Shown: positions 1 to 9,343, numbered from the stretch's first letter. The stretch: DNA of 64,000 nt from an uncultured Syntrophobacterales bacterium (GCA_964519455.1 CAZFIU010000003.1:18943-82942); one strand, 5' to 3'. Notes: a model not told the origin generated them from the letters alone. Numbers and translations are program-made.

Positions 1-93
1 TTCTTCTCCGGCACGGCCTTGACCGAGGGGGAGCCCGCCGGGCCGGGTTTCGCCGTGGTCGCGGGCCTCGCCGCCAGAGACCCTGTCGAATAG
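1..93 (+). CDS. pilM: type IV pilus assembly protein PilM, C-terminal fragment (5' end lies outside the window)
   Basis: Frame 1 reads ...FFSGTALTEGEPAGPGFAVVAGLAARDPVE* ending at TAG 91-93. The hydrophobic/Gly-rich tail is typical of a PilM C-terminus, and pilN follows 52 bp downstream. Confidence 0.5.
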   Translation, partial: FFSGTALTEGEPAGPGFAVVAGLAARDPVE

Positions 94-144
94 AAACGCC
101 GCGGAGAAAAGCGCGAAGCTGCGCGGAGAAGAGGAGCCCGTTAC

Positions 145-705
145 GTGATCCCACGCGTCAACCTCCTGCCCACCCGAGAGGCTCGGGCGCTGCGGCGCAA
201 ACGCCGCCGCGTTCTCGCCTTGGCCGCCTCGCTCCTGCTGACGGGGTCGGCGCTGGGCGCCGCCAACGTCGCTCAATGTCGCCACCGGTCCGGCCTGGAG
301 AACGACTTGGCGGCATCGCGCACGTCGGCCGCGGCATTGCGCCGGGACGCCAAGGCCGCCGGTGCGCTGGAGAAACGCATCCAGGAGGAAGAGCACAGGA
401 ACGAGGCCGTCATCGGGTGGCTGGAGGGCCGCACGCGACCGGCGAAGGCGCTGCGCGGTCTCTCGGCCGCGGCGCCGGCGACCCTGTGGCTGACCCGCTA
501 TGCCGAGTCCGGCGGCACCACCGTGCTGGAAGGCCAGGCCATCGACGAGGCGTCCATAACCCGGTTTCTGCGCGACCTTCCCGGCGACTTTGCGGAACGG
601 CAACTCGTGGAGGCCGGCAAGGCGTCCGGAGACCAGGATTTCAGGCGCTTCGTCATCCGCGCGCGCACCGCCCCGCTGCCCGACCCGGCGCCGTCCGGAG
701 AATGA
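145..705 (+). CDS. pilN: type IV pilus assembly protein PilN
   Basis: N-terminal VNLLP motif, a basic stretch, one TM helix, then a coiled-coil/periplasmic region. It sits between pilM and the pilO-like gene. GTG start at 145. Confidence 0.8.
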   Translation: MIPRVNLLPTREARALRRKRRRVLALAASLLLTGSALGAANVAQCRHRSGLENDLAASRTSAAALRRDAKAAGALEKRIQEEEHRNEAVIGWLEGRTRPAKALRGLSAAAPATLWLTRYAESGGTTVLEGQAIDEASITRFLRDLPGDFAERQLVEAGKASGDQDFRRFVIRARTAPLPDPAPSGE

Positions 706-732
706 CGCGCGCCGGCCCGAGGGCCGCTTGAA

Positions 733-783
733 GGCTCATGCGATACCGGCTCGTGCGATACTGCTCGAGGGCTCATGCAATAC
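733..783 (+). repeat. three spaced copies of the 14-mer GGCTC[A/G]TGC[G/A]ATAC; the third copy contains the pilO ATG
   Basis: Copies at about 733-746, 748-761 and 770-783, read directly from the sequence. Confidence 0.4.
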
Positions 784-1785
784 TACCTGGACCTGCTGCT
801 CGAACGTTCCGCCGCGCAATGGGCGCTGTGCATCGTCGGGATGATCCTCGCGCTGGCTGCCCTGGACTACGTCCTCGTGTACCGGCCCCAGGCCGGCCGC
901 ATTGCCCAAGTCGAGGCCGGCCTGGAGATTGCCCGCCTCGAACAGGCGCGGCTGCGCCGTCAGGCGGACCGGTTGCCGCGGCTGCGCGAAGACCTCGACG
1001 TACTCCTTCGGGCTCTGCGTTCCCGTCTGCCGCGCGCCGCCGAGCCCGCCGACCCGCTGGAGAGCGTGAGCGTCCGGGCGGCCGCGGCGGACCTGGAGAT
1101 GGTACGGTTCCAACCCGGCGCCGCGGTGGCCGGGGAATTCCTCACCGAGGTCCCGCTGGAGGTGGAGTTCACGGGGGCCTACCACGACCTGCTCCGGTTC
1201 CTCGATTCCGCGGCACCCGGCACGTTGCCGGATACGCGAAAGCTCGCCGTCGCCGCGCTCCCGGACAACGGTGGCGCCACGCGTCTGCGCATCGCCCTGG
1301 AGTTGGTGACGCTCCGGCTCCCTCCGCGAGATCCGGACGCCGAGGGCGCGACGGAGACGGCGACGCCCCGGGAACCGGAGGGAGGAGGGACTCCGACCCC
1401 GCCGTCGCCGCCGTCGTTATCGGCTGGCTTGGCCGGCGTCAACGCCGCACCCTTGTCGCGCGACCCGTTCGAGCCGTACCGCGCCCCGCCGTCCGCGGAG
1501 GAACCCCTTCCCGCGACGGACCCGGAACCGGACCCGCTGCCGGAACCCACTCCACCACACCGCTTCCAGGCAACCGGGATCGCCTGGGGAACACACGACG
1601 CGGCGGCGTTGGTGAAGGATGCCGAGGGCCGCGTCCACGTGGTCCGGCCGGGCTCCCGGCTGAGAGACGACTCCAGTCGCGTCAAGACCATCACCCCGTG
1701 CGAAATCGTCCTGGAGACGCCCGGACCCGATCTGCAGCCGCGGGAGACGCGACTGCCGCTCCGGCATTGCGACTCGCAGAGATAA
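775..1785 (+). CDS. PilO-like inner-membrane pilus assembly protein with a C-terminal PilP-like domain (fused PilO/PilP)
   Basis: The N-terminal TM helix and coiled coil are PilO-like. A Pro/Glu-rich linker follows. The C-terminal ~110 aa (RDPFEP..., GIAWG...VVRPGSRL...VKTITPCEIVLE) resemble the PilP beta-domain. It follows pilN directly. Confidence 0.65.
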   Translation: MQYYLDLLLERSAAQWALCIVGMILALAALDYVLVYRPQAGRIAQVEAGLEIARLEQARLRRQADRLPRLREDLDVLLRALRSRLPRAAEPADPLESVSVRAAAADLEMVRFQPGAAVAGEFLTEVPLEVEFTGAYHDLLRFLDSAAPGTLPDTRKLAVAALPDNGGATRLRIALELVTLRLPPRDPDAEGATETATPREPEGGGTPTPPSPPSLSAGLAGVNAAPLSRDPFEPYRAPPSAEEPLPATDPEPDPLPEPTPPHRFQATGIAWGTHDAAALVKDAEGRVHVVRPGSRLRDDSSRVKTITPCEIVLETPGPDLQPRETRLPLRHCDSQR

Positions 1786-1801
1786 CCCCGTTTCGACGGG
1801 G
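1786..1801. terminator. GC hairpin CCCCGT-TTCG-ACGGGG between convergent pilO/P and the PilX-like gene
   Basis: Perfect 6-bp stem with a TTCG tetraloop immediately after the TAA at 1783-1785. There is no U-tract, which is common in high-GC genomes. Confidence 0.3.
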
Positions 1802-1828
1802 CACCGACCAACCAACACCGACGGCCCT

Positions 1829-2350
1829 TCAGTCGAGGGCGCGCCACGCCACCATGCGCACGCGTTCGCGCGGGGTGACGCCGGCCGGGTCGTGCTCGAG
1901 CAAGGCTTCCACCTCCGCCCGGGCGTGGCCGCGCGGACATGGGTTGGCGGCCGGGAAACACGCCGAGGACCGCAGGCGCAACCGGGGCGGTGCGCTGCCG
2001 GCCACCGGCGTCGCGACCACGGTGTAGCTGCCGTCGTGAAACCCTCGCCCGGCGAAGATCACCGTGGGCGCGAGGATGCCGGCGAAATCGAAGTCGCCGT
2101 CCTCGTCCGACAGTTCGTGCCGGCCATGCGTGAGTCCGGCCTCCGCGGTGTGGAACACGGCGACGCTCGCGAAGTAGGCGCCGGTGATGCGCAGGTCGGT
2201 CAAGGCAGCGTTCATGCTCGTGGCACTGACCACCGCCAACACCGCGATCAACATGAGGACGGACGGCAGGACGACGCCCTCCTCCCTTCCGAGAAGAGTC
2301 GCCGCGTTCCGAGCCGTTAACCAAAGATGCCGCCGTTCCATTCCATACAT
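1829..2350 (-). CDS. PilX N-terminal domain-containing protein (minor-pilin-like)
   Basis: The N-terminus after the basic residues is hydrophobic (VVLPSVLMLIAVLAVVSATSMNAALTDLRI...AEAGL), matching the PilX_N pattern. Start ATG at 2350, alternative 2341. Confidence 0.55.
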   Translation of the reverse strand: MYGMERRHLWLTARNAATLLGREEGVVLPSVLMLIAVLAVVSATSMNAALTDLRITGAYFASVAVFHTAEAGLTHGRHELSDEDGDFDFAGILAPTVIFAGRGFHDGSYTVVATPVAGSAPPRLRLRSSACFPAANPCPRGHARAEVEALLEHDPAGVTPRERVRMVAWRALD

Positions 2351-2429
2351 GAAGATCGGCGGCACCCAGTGGTCCTTTAGCGGGCCGTCAGGTCGGTGTT
2401 CGATCCTCGTGTGTCGATTCCCGGGTCCT

Positions 2430-3122
2430 TCAGAACTTCTCCACCCAGGGCCGCAGCTCGATGTGCGACGCCCAGGCGCTGCGGTGCTGGCGGTGGAGCT
2501 GGAGATAGGTCTCGGCGATGCTGTCGGGGCTGAGCCATGTGTCCGGGCCGCGCGCGGCATCGCGCCGAGGCGAATCGATGCCGCCGTCGATGACGATCTG
2601 GGCCACGTGGATGTTCCGCGGCTGAAGCTCCCGCGCCATGCTCTGGGCCAGGCCCGTGAGGCCGAACTTGCCCATGGCGAAGGAGGCGGAGTTGGCGTAG
2701 CCCTTGACGCTGGCCGAGGCGCCGGTGAACAGGATGGTGCCGCCGCCGGTGCCGAGCATGCTGGCGGCCGCGGCCTGCCCCACCAGGAAACCGCCGTAGC
2801 AGGTCACCATGATGGCGTCCCGGACCGCGGGCGGATCCAGCTCGGCCAGGGGTCCGCGCACGCGCGCGCTGGCGTTGTAGACCACCACGTTGGGCTCGCC
2901 CAGGTCCCGCGCCACTTGCGCGAAGAGATCGCTCACGTCCTCGGGCACCACGGCGTCGCACCGGTAGGCGCGGCAGCCGGTGCTGTCCGCGAGGCCCTGG
3001 AGCTTGTCCGGGTTGCGCGCGGCGATGGCCGCCTTCATGCCTTCCCGCGTGAACAGCCGCACGAGCGAGGAACTCAGTCCCGGCCCGCCTCCCACCACCA
3101 CTGCGACTTCCTGATCCGCCAT
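2430..3122 (-). CDS. SDR family NAD(P)-dependent oxidoreductase
   Basis: Gly-rich cofactor motif VVVGGGPGLSSSL, catalytic Y-x3-K region (YANSASFAMGK) and classical SDR length. Confidence 0.85.
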   Translation of the reverse strand: MADQEVAVVVGGGPGLSSSLVRLFTREGMKAAIAARNPDKLQGLADSTGCRAYRCDAVVPEDVSDLFAQVARDLGEPNVVVYNASARVRGPLAELDPPAVRDAIMVTCYGGFLVGQAAAASMLGTGGGTILFTGASASVKGYANSASFAMGKFGLTGLAQSMARELQPRNIHVAQIVIDGGIDSPRRDAARGPDTWLSPDSIAETYLQLHRQHRSAWASHIELRPWVEKF

Positions 3123-3143
3123 GTTTCTTCCTCCTTGATGGCC

Positions 3144-4316
3144 TCATTCGTAAAGCAACGCCCGATCGCGGCCGGCGTCGTAGACCTCCGTGCCGCCGCG
3201 GGCGATGCGCGCCACCTCGTCGAGCCCGGCGCCACCGTCAATGGCTTGCCTGACCGCGGGCCGTCCGGTCAAGAGGTCGATGGCCGGGACGTCGGCGCGG
3301 AACTCGTAGGGCTCCGTGCGCCAGGCGAACGACTCCGGCCAGAGCTTGCGCACCGCCATCAGCACGGCCAGGCCGGTCCGGTAGGGCAGGAAGGCGCGCC
3401 GGTCGGTGACGTGCAACTGCAGCGCGCCGCACCGTTCGCCCCGGAACTTGTGGAACGCCGGCTCGATGACGCAAGGGCGGAACCGCACCCCCGGCAGGTC
3501 CTGGCGCCGCAACTCGGCGGCCAGCGCCTCCGCCTCGATGAAGGGCGCGCCGAAGAGCTCGAAGGGACGCGTGGTGCCGCGGCCTTCGGACAGGTTGGTG
3601 CCCTCCAGCAGGCACATGCCCGGATAGACCAGCGCCGTGTCCGGGGTGGGCATGTTGGGCGACGGCATGACCCAGGGGAGGCCGCACTCGTCGTGGTACG
3701 CGCTCCGGCGCCAGCCCTCGCACGCCGCCACCTCCAGCTCGCAGCCGATGCCGAAGGCGTCGTTGTAGAGCCAAGCCAGCTCGCCCAGGGTCATGCCGTG
3801 GCGCTGGGGCACCGGGTAGAGGCCGCAGAAGTTCTCCAGCCCCGCGTCCAGGCCGCCGCCCTCCACCGCCACGCCGCCGATGGGGTTGGGACGGTCCAGC
3901 ACCACCACCTTGACCCCGGAGGCTCGCGCCGCGCGCATGCACAGGGCCATGGTGGCGGAATAGGTGTAGTAGCGCGCGCCCACGTCCTGGATGTCGAACA
4001 GGAGAACGTCGAGGTCCGCGAGGTGTTGCGGCGTGGGCGACAGCGACGCGAAGGTGTCGCCGTAGAGGCTTACCGCCGGCAGGCCCGTGGCCGGGTCCGC
4101 GTCGTGGGCCACCCCCACCATGTCCTGGGCGGAGCCGCGCAGCCCGTGCTCGGGACCGAACAGGCGGCGCAGGTCCACGTCCGGGTGACGGTACAACAGG
4201 TCGGCGGCGTGGGCCAGCCGGCGGTCCACCGTGGTGGGGTTGGCCACGAGCCCGACCCTGGCGGCGCCAAGCCAGCGGCGCGGATCGTCGAGCAGTCTTT
4301 CCAGTCCGGTGCGCAC
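3144..4316 (-). CDS. DUF1343 family protein (YzbB/NamZ-like exo-beta-N-acetylmuramidase family)
   Basis: The RVGLVANPTTVD...LFGPEHGLRG N-terminal signature and ~390 aa length match DUF1343. Confidence 0.7.
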   Translation of the reverse strand: MRTGLERLLDDPRRWLGAARVGLVANPTTVDRRLAHAADLLYRHPDVDLRRLFGPEHGLRGSAQDMVGVAHDADPATGLPAVSLYGDTFASLSPTPQHLADLDVLLFDIQDVGARYYTYSATMALCMRAARASGVKVVVLDRPNPIGGVAVEGGGLDAGLENFCGLYPVPQRHGMTLGELAWLYNDAFGIGCELEVAACEGWRRSAYHDECGLPWVMPSPNMPTPDTALVYPGMCLLEGTNLSEGRGTTRPFELFGAPFIEAEALAAELRRQDLPGVRFRPCVIEPAFHKFRGERCGALQLHVTDRRAFLPYRTGLAVLMAVRKLWPESFAWRTEPYEFRADVPAIDLLTGRPAVRQAIDGGAGLDEVARIARGGTEVYDAGRDRALLYE

Positions 4317-4363
4317 GGAGCCATTCTAGCGAAGCCGTACGGGAAAGGACACGGAAGCCCGGC

Positions 4364-5239
4364 CTACCCCCCGTGGCCTCTGGCGTAGACCAGCAGCAGG
4401 GTGCCGGCGAAGGTGAGGGCGACGCCGGCGCACACGCGCATGTTCACGGTCTCCACGTCGCGCAGGAAGATGGCGGTGAGGACGACGGTCAACACCGGGT
4501 TGGTGCTGATCAACGGCTCGACGATGACGATGTCGCCGGTGGAGAGGGCGTAGAAGTTGGCCAGCATTCCCGTGGTGTTGCAGATGCCCGCGGCCACGAA
4601 CCATGCGAACACCGAGCGGGACATGGGCAGGACCTTGCGCGGACCGCCCTGGGCGTAGATCATCGCCACGGCCAGCGCCAGGCCGGTGGTGGCGTTCACG
4701 CACGACGCCATGAGCGGCAGATTGGCGATGAAGAAGCCCAGTTTGCGCACGCTGGCGGAGAACGAGAACGACAGCGCTCCTAGAAGGGGGAAGATGAAGT
4801 CGCGCCGGCGGAAGTCCGCCCTCTGCTCGTGGGTGCGGGAGATGACGATGACCCCGCAGATGATCAGCACGGTGCCGAAGAAGGCCCCCAGGGTCCAGTG
4901 CTCGCCGACGATGGCCACGGCCAGGACCGAGGCGAACATCGGCGTGGTGCTCACCACCGGGATCGAGCGCGCCACCCCGAGCCGGTCGATGGAGACGTAC
5001 ACCAGCCAGCGTCCGAGGCCCGAGGCGAACAGGCCGCCGACGGCGAAGTACCAGATGCCGTGGGTCCAGAAGACGGCCAGCGGCGTGGTGGCGGCCACCA
5101 TGGACCACAGGGTCAGGCATGAGATGACGATGGAGATGGCGAAGCCGGCCAGGGGATTGGACTCGGCCAGTCCGCGGCGGATCAGGATGTGCGAGACCGC
5201 GAAGCCCAGCGAAGCGATGAGCGCCCAGCCGATGCTCAT
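4364..5239 (-). CDS. DMT superfamily (EamA-like) transporter
   Basis: About 10 predicted TM helices with two EamA-like halves. The ATG at 5239 overlaps the ferredoxin stop (ATGA), indicating translational coupling. Confidence 0.75.
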   Translation of the reverse strand: MSIGWALIASLGFAVSHILIRRGLAESNPLAGFAISIVISCLTLWSMVAATTPLAVFWTHGIWYFAVGGLFASGLGRWLVYVSIDRLGVARSIPVVSTTPMFASVLAVAIVGEHWTLGAFFGTVLIICGVIVISRTHEQRADFRRRDFIFPLLGALSFSFSASVRKLGFFIANLPLMASCVNATTGLALAVAMIYAQGGPRKVLPMSRSVFAWFVAAGICNTTGMLANFYALSTGDIVIVEPLISTNPVLTVVLTAIFLRDVETVNMRVCAGVALTFAGTLLLVYARGHGG

Positions 5240-5469
5240 GGGAGGCGGGACGCCTCGTGCCAGCGCGCGACCCGGATCCTGATGGCGCCCACGGGACAGT
5301 CCCATTCGCAGATGAAGCAGCCCTGGCAGTCTTCCTCGTACTTGGCGAACGGATAGCCGTCCTCCCCCATGCGGATCACGTCCGTCGGGCAGGCGTCGTC
5401 GCACGCGCCGCACGAGGTGCAGACTTCCTTCCAGATCTCGACCTTCGGCAGATGCAGCTCGTCGGCCAT
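5236..5469 (-). CDS. 4Fe-4S dicluster ferredoxin
   Basis: 77 aa carrying two CxxCxxCxxxCP motifs (CTSCGACDDACP and CQGCFICEWDCP). It starts 3 nt after the FAD protein stop. Confidence 0.8.
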   Translation of the reverse strand: MADELHLPKVEIWKEVCTSCGACDDACPTDVIRMGEDGYPFAKYEEDCQGCFICEWDCPVGAIRIRVARWHEASRLP

Positions 5470-5471
5470 GG

Positions 5472-7223
5472 TTACTTCTCCCCCTCCACCATTTGCCCGG
5501 CGATCTTGAAGAAAGGGTGCATCGCCCTGCCGGAGCGCGGCCAGTAGTGCAGGTAGAACTCGTCGTGGGGGATGGGCTCGTCCCAGATCTTGAGGGCGCC
5601 GTTCTCGATGATCGACTTGCTCAGCACCAGCCACTTCTCGTTGTCGGTCTCGGGATGGTCGCTGTTGATCACCGAGCCGCGGCTCTCCTGCCGGTGCAGC
5701 AGGTAGTCCAGCACCGCGGTCAGGGCCTCGATGGAGTTGCGCAGTCCCACGACCTTCACCAGGTCGTGGGGGTCCCTGGCCATGACGTTGTCGTAGGTGT
5801 CGAGGATCTCCATGAGCCCCCGCCTGACCCGCGTGATCTTCTCGTCGCTCAGGATCACCCCCAGCTCGTGCAGCAGGTCCGCGGCCCGGCCGTGGACCTC
5901 GTCGAACGCGGTGCCCTCGGGCTTGAGGTACCGGGTGACGCCGTCGGAAAGCGCCTTCACCTGCGGCGCCGCGACCCCCTTCATTTCCGCGTTCCTGGCG
6001 TAGTCGGCGGCGTGGAGCCCGGCCCACCAGCCCAGCACCATGCACCAGGAGAGGTTCAGGTTGGGCGAGATGTTCATGCCGTCGCTGCTGGCGCCGGCGG
6101 CGAACAGGCCCGGCAGCGAAGTCGCGCACTGGTCGTCCACCACCGCGCCGCCGCCGTGGCTCGAGCCGTAGGTGGCGGCCAGCACCGGCAGGTACGGGAT
6201 GCGCTCCTTGCTGATCTCGTAGCCCGCGGCCTCGAAGGTGTTCATGATGATGGGGATGACCTCGTACAGGAGGCGGACGTTCTCGGGCGGGAGCTTGGTG
6301 CAGTCCAGGTACACGGGGCCGTTGCCTTCCAGCATCTCCAGCGCCACGGCGTGTCCCAGCGACAGCCGCCGGGTGAACTCGGCCTCGGACTCGGTGAAGC
6401 GCTTCATCACGTCCACGCCCAGGCGGTTGAAGTAGCTGGTGCCCATGGTGGTGAAGTGCTCGATGCCCGGCGCGCACATGAACTCCATGGTCTGGAGGTA
6501 CTTGCTGCCGCACGCCATGTTGCCCATCACCGCGCCCGCCCGGATCTGCATGGCGACGCCGTCGCTGGTGATGTTGAGGGGCATGCCCGCGAACCACTGT
6601 CCCGGCCTCTTGTAGCCGAAATTGAAGCCGCCCGCGCACATCACCACGGACTTGGCCTCGCACACGTGCACCTCGCGCTCGCGCCCGGAGATCCCGAGGG
6701 CGCCCACCACGTGGCCGCCGGTGGGATGGCGGCCGTCCGAGGTCAGGAGGTCCGTCACCGAGACCCGGTCGAGCACGCGCACGCCGGCGCGCAGGGCCAC
6801 GCCGCGCACCACCTTCATCATCGCGGTGCCGCCACCCACCAGACCCGCCGCCAACCCGCCGCTGGCGGCCGCGCCGGAGCCCCCCTTGCCGCGCCAGAAC
6901 TCGCCGTTCTCCTTGACGAACTTGACGCCCCAGCCGTCGAGGATCTTGAGCACGTCGTAGGTGGCGTGAATCGCCTCGATGGCCTTGGTCTGGTTGGTCA
7001 GCACGCCTCGGCCGGAGAGGTGGAACTTGAGGTCGTCGCCGGGCATGTAGGTGATGTACGCCCCGGAGGCCAGCGCCGCGCAGCCGCTGCGGCCGAACAC
7101 GGACTTGTCCACCAGGAGCACGTCGGCGCCCTCCTCGCGCGCGCGGATCGCCGCCATGGCGCCGGCCGCGCCGCCGCCGATGACCAGCACGTCGGCCTTG
7201 TGATGGATGGTCTTGTAGCTCAT
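5472..7223 (-). CDS. FAD-binding oxidoreductase, fumarate reductase/succinate dehydrogenase flavoprotein-like
   Basis: Dinucleotide-binding motif DVLVIGGGAAGAMAA near the N-terminus (start taken at MSYKTIHH, ATG 7223) and overall FRD/SDH flavoprotein-like architecture. Confidence 0.8.
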   Translation of the reverse strand: MSYKTIHHKADVLVIGGGAAGAMAAIRAREEGADVLLVDKSVFGRSGCAALASGAYITYMPGDDLKFHLSGRGVLTNQTKAIEAIHATYDVLKILDGWGVKFVKENGEFWRGKGGSGAAASGGLAAGLVGGGTAMMKVVRGVALRAGVRVLDRVSVTDLLTSDGRHPTGGHVVGALGISGREREVHVCEAKSVVMCAGGFNFGYKRPGQWFAGMPLNITSDGVAMQIRAGAVMGNMACGSKYLQTMEFMCAPGIEHFTTMGTSYFNRLGVDVMKRFTESEAEFTRRLSLGHAVALEMLEGNGPVYLDCTKLPPENVRLLYEVIPIIMNTFEAAGYEISKERIPYLPVLAATYGSSHGGGAVVDDQCATSLPGLFAAGASSDGMNISPNLNLSWCMVLGWWAGLHAADYARNAEMKGVAAPQVKALSDGVTRYLKPEGTAFDEVHGRAADLLHELGVILSDEKITRVRRGLMEILDTYDNVMARDPHDLVKVVGLRNSIEALTAVLDYLLHRQESRGSVINSDHPETDNEKWLVLSKSIIENGALKIWDEPIPHDEFYLHYWPRSGRAMHPFFKIAGQMVEGEK

Positions 7224-7285
7224 GTGAGGTCCGTGGAGCCCGTGCTCCGATGCGCCCGCCGAACAGATCCGAAACGTTCCGGTCA

Positions 7286-7305
7286 ACTTGGTACGTAGAC
7301 CAAGT
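7286..7305. promoter_or_regulatory. inverted repeat ACTTGGT-N6-ACCAAGT in the divergent promoter region, a candidate operator
   Basis: Perfect 7-bp arms read directly. It lies between the FAD-oxidoreductase operon (-) and prpE (+). Confidence 0.3.
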
Positions 7306-7441
7306 CAGGGGGCACTGTCAAAGCCACGTCCGAGCCGTCTCCCGGACCGGCGTCCGAGCCCGCGGCCGGTGTTCGAGTTTGCAGGCCGGGGTCCGCCCGG
7401 TTTATGGAGAAGCCATCGGAAACCGCTTTTGGGAGACGCGA

Positions 7442-9343
7442 ATGAGCCACAACGACTACAAGGACGCTTACGCACGGGCGTTGAAGGACCCGGAAGGTTT
7501 CTGGGCCGAGGCCGCCGGCGACATCCACTGGGACCGGCGCTGGGACCGCGTGCTCGACGACTCCCGGCCGCCCTTCTACCGGTGGTTCACCGGCGGCGCC
7601 CTCAACACCTGCTACAACGCGCTGGACGTGCACGTGGAGCAGGGCAACGGCGCGCGCCCGGCGCTGATTTACGACAGCCCGGTGACGGACGGCGTCAAGA
7701 CCTTTACCTACGCAGAGCTGCGGGACGTGGTGGCGACCTTCGCCGGGGCGCTGCGCAACCACGGCGTGGGCGCCGGCGACCGGGTGATCATCTACATGCC
7801 CATGGTGCCCGAGGCGGTGGTGGCCATGCTGGCGTGCGCGCGCCTCGGCGCGGTGCACTCGGTGGTCTTCGGCGGCTTCGCCGCCAACGAGCTCGCCACC
7901 CGCATCGACGATGCCCGACCCAAGGTCATCGTGAGCGCGAGCTGCGGCATCGAGGTCAACCGCGTCGTCGAGTACAAGCCGCTGCTGGACGAGGCCATCC
8001 GCCTGGCGGGGCACAAGCCCGGCGCCTGCCTGGTGCTGCGGCGGCCCCAGGCCGAGGCCGCCATGACCGCCGACCGCGACGTGGACTGGAACGAGGCGGT
8101 GGCCGCCGCCGAACCGGCGCCATGCGTCTCCGTGGCCGCCACCGACCCCCTGTACATCCTCTACACCTCCGGCACCACCGGACAGCCCAAGGGCATCGTG
8201 CGCGACAACGGCGGCCACGCGGTGGCGCTCAAGTGGAGCATGAAGAACGTCTACGGCGTGGACGCCGGCGAGGTGTACTGGGCCGCTTCCGACGTGGGCT
8301 GGGTGGTGGGCCATTCCTACATCGTCTACGCACCGTTGCTGAAGGGCTGCACCACCGTCCTCTACGAGGGCAAGCCCGTGGGCACGCCCGATCCCGGCGC
8401 TTTCTGGCGGGTCATCAGCCAGCACGACGTCCGTGTGTTGTTCACCGCGCCCACCGCCTTCCGCGCCATCAAGAAAGAGGATCCCGACGGCGTCCATGTC
8501 GGGAAACACGACCTCAGCCGTTTCCGGACCCTGTTCCTCGCCGGCGAGCGCTGCGACCCCGATACGCTGGTGTGGGCGCGGGAGATGCTGGACGTGCCGG
8601 TCATCGACCACTGGTGGCAGACCGAGACCGGCTGGCCCATCGCGGCCAACTGCATGGGCATCGAGCCGCTCCCGGTGAAGCCCGGCTCGCCCACCCGGGC
8701 CGTGCCGGGGTACGACGTCCGCGTCCTCGACGACGAGGGACGCGAACTGCCGGCCGGCGCGATGGGCAGCATCACGCTGAAGCTGCCGCTGCCTCCGGGA
8801 TGCCTGCCCACCCTGTGGAACAACGAGCAAGGTTACCGCAGTGCCTACCTCGAGCAGCATCCCGGTTACTACGTCACCTCGGACGGCGGTTACTGCGACG
8901 AGGACGGCTACCTGTGGATCATGGGGCGCATCGACGACGTCATCAACGTCGCCGGACACCGGCTTTCCACCGGCGCCATGGAAGAGGTGGTGGCCGCCCA
9001 CCCGGCGGTGGCCGAATGCGCCGTGCTGGGCGTGGCCGACGCGCTCAAGGGCCAACTGCCCCTGGGACTGATCGTGGTCAAGGCGGGGGTGGAGACCACG
9101 GAAGAAGCCCTGGTGCCCGAACTCGTGAGCCTCGTGCGCGAAAAGATCGGGCCGGTGGCCGACTTCAAGCAGGCGCTGATGGTGAAGCGCCTGCCCAAGA
9201 CGCGCTCCGGCAAGATCCTGCGCGGCACGGTGCGGAGCATGGCGGACGGCACCCCCTACAAGGCCCCCGCCACCATCGACGATCCGGCCATACTGGACGA
9301 AATCCGGGAGGACCTGGGCCGGCTGGGGTATCCGAAAGGATGA
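7442..9343 (+). CDS. prpE: propionate--CoA ligase / acetyl-CoA-synthetase-family AMP-forming acyl-CoA synthetase
   Basis: N-terminus MSHNDYKDAYARALKDPEGFWAEAA, AMP-binding motif YTSGTTGQPKG, and C-terminal SGKILR lysine motif. GGAGA Shine-Dalgarno 6 nt upstream. Confidence 0.8.
   Translation: MSHNDYKDAYARALKDPEGFWAEAAGDIHWDRRWDRVLDDSRPPFYRWFTGGALNTCYNALDVHVEQGNGARPALIYDSPVTDGVKTFTYAELRDVVATFAGALRNHGVGAGDRVIIYMPMVPEAVVAMLACARLGAVHSVVFGGFAANELATRIDDARPKVIVSASCGIEVNRVVEYKPLLDEAIRLAGHKPGACLVLRRPQAEAAMTADRDVDWNEAVAAAEPAPCVSVAATDPLYILYTSGTTGQPKGIVRDNGGHAVALKWSMKNVYGVDAGEVYWAASDVGWVVGHSYIVYAPLLKGCTTVLYEGKPVGTPDPGAFWRVISQHDVRVLFTAPTAFRAIKKEDPDGVHVGKHDLSRFRTLFLAGERCDPDTLVWAREMLDVPVIDHWWQTETGWPIAANCMGIEPLPVKPGSPTRAVPGYDVRVLDDEGRELPAGAMGSITLKLPLPPGCLPTLWNNEQGYRSAYLEQHPGYYVTSDGGYCDEDGYLWIMGRIDDVINVAGHRLSTGAMEEVVAAHPAVAECAVLGVADALKGQLPLGLIVVKAGVETTEEALVPELVSLVREKIGPVADFKQALMVKRLPKTRSGKILRGTVRSMADGTPYKAPATIDDPAILDEIREDLGRLGYPKG

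Noticed and set aside
738-2324. 429-aa (+) and 381-aa (-) ORFs across the pilO/P and PilX region
   Set aside because: Out-of-frame or antisense to recognisable pilus genes. Low-complexity products.
2184-4388. 734-aa plus-strand ORF
   Set aside because: Antisense to the SDR and DUF1343 genes. Arg/Gly/Ala/His-rich low-complexity translation typical of high-GC shadow frames, with no family match.
5493-7298. 601-aa plus-strand ORF
   Set aside because: Antisense to the FAD oxidoreductase. No family match, and the real gene on the other strand has clear motifs.
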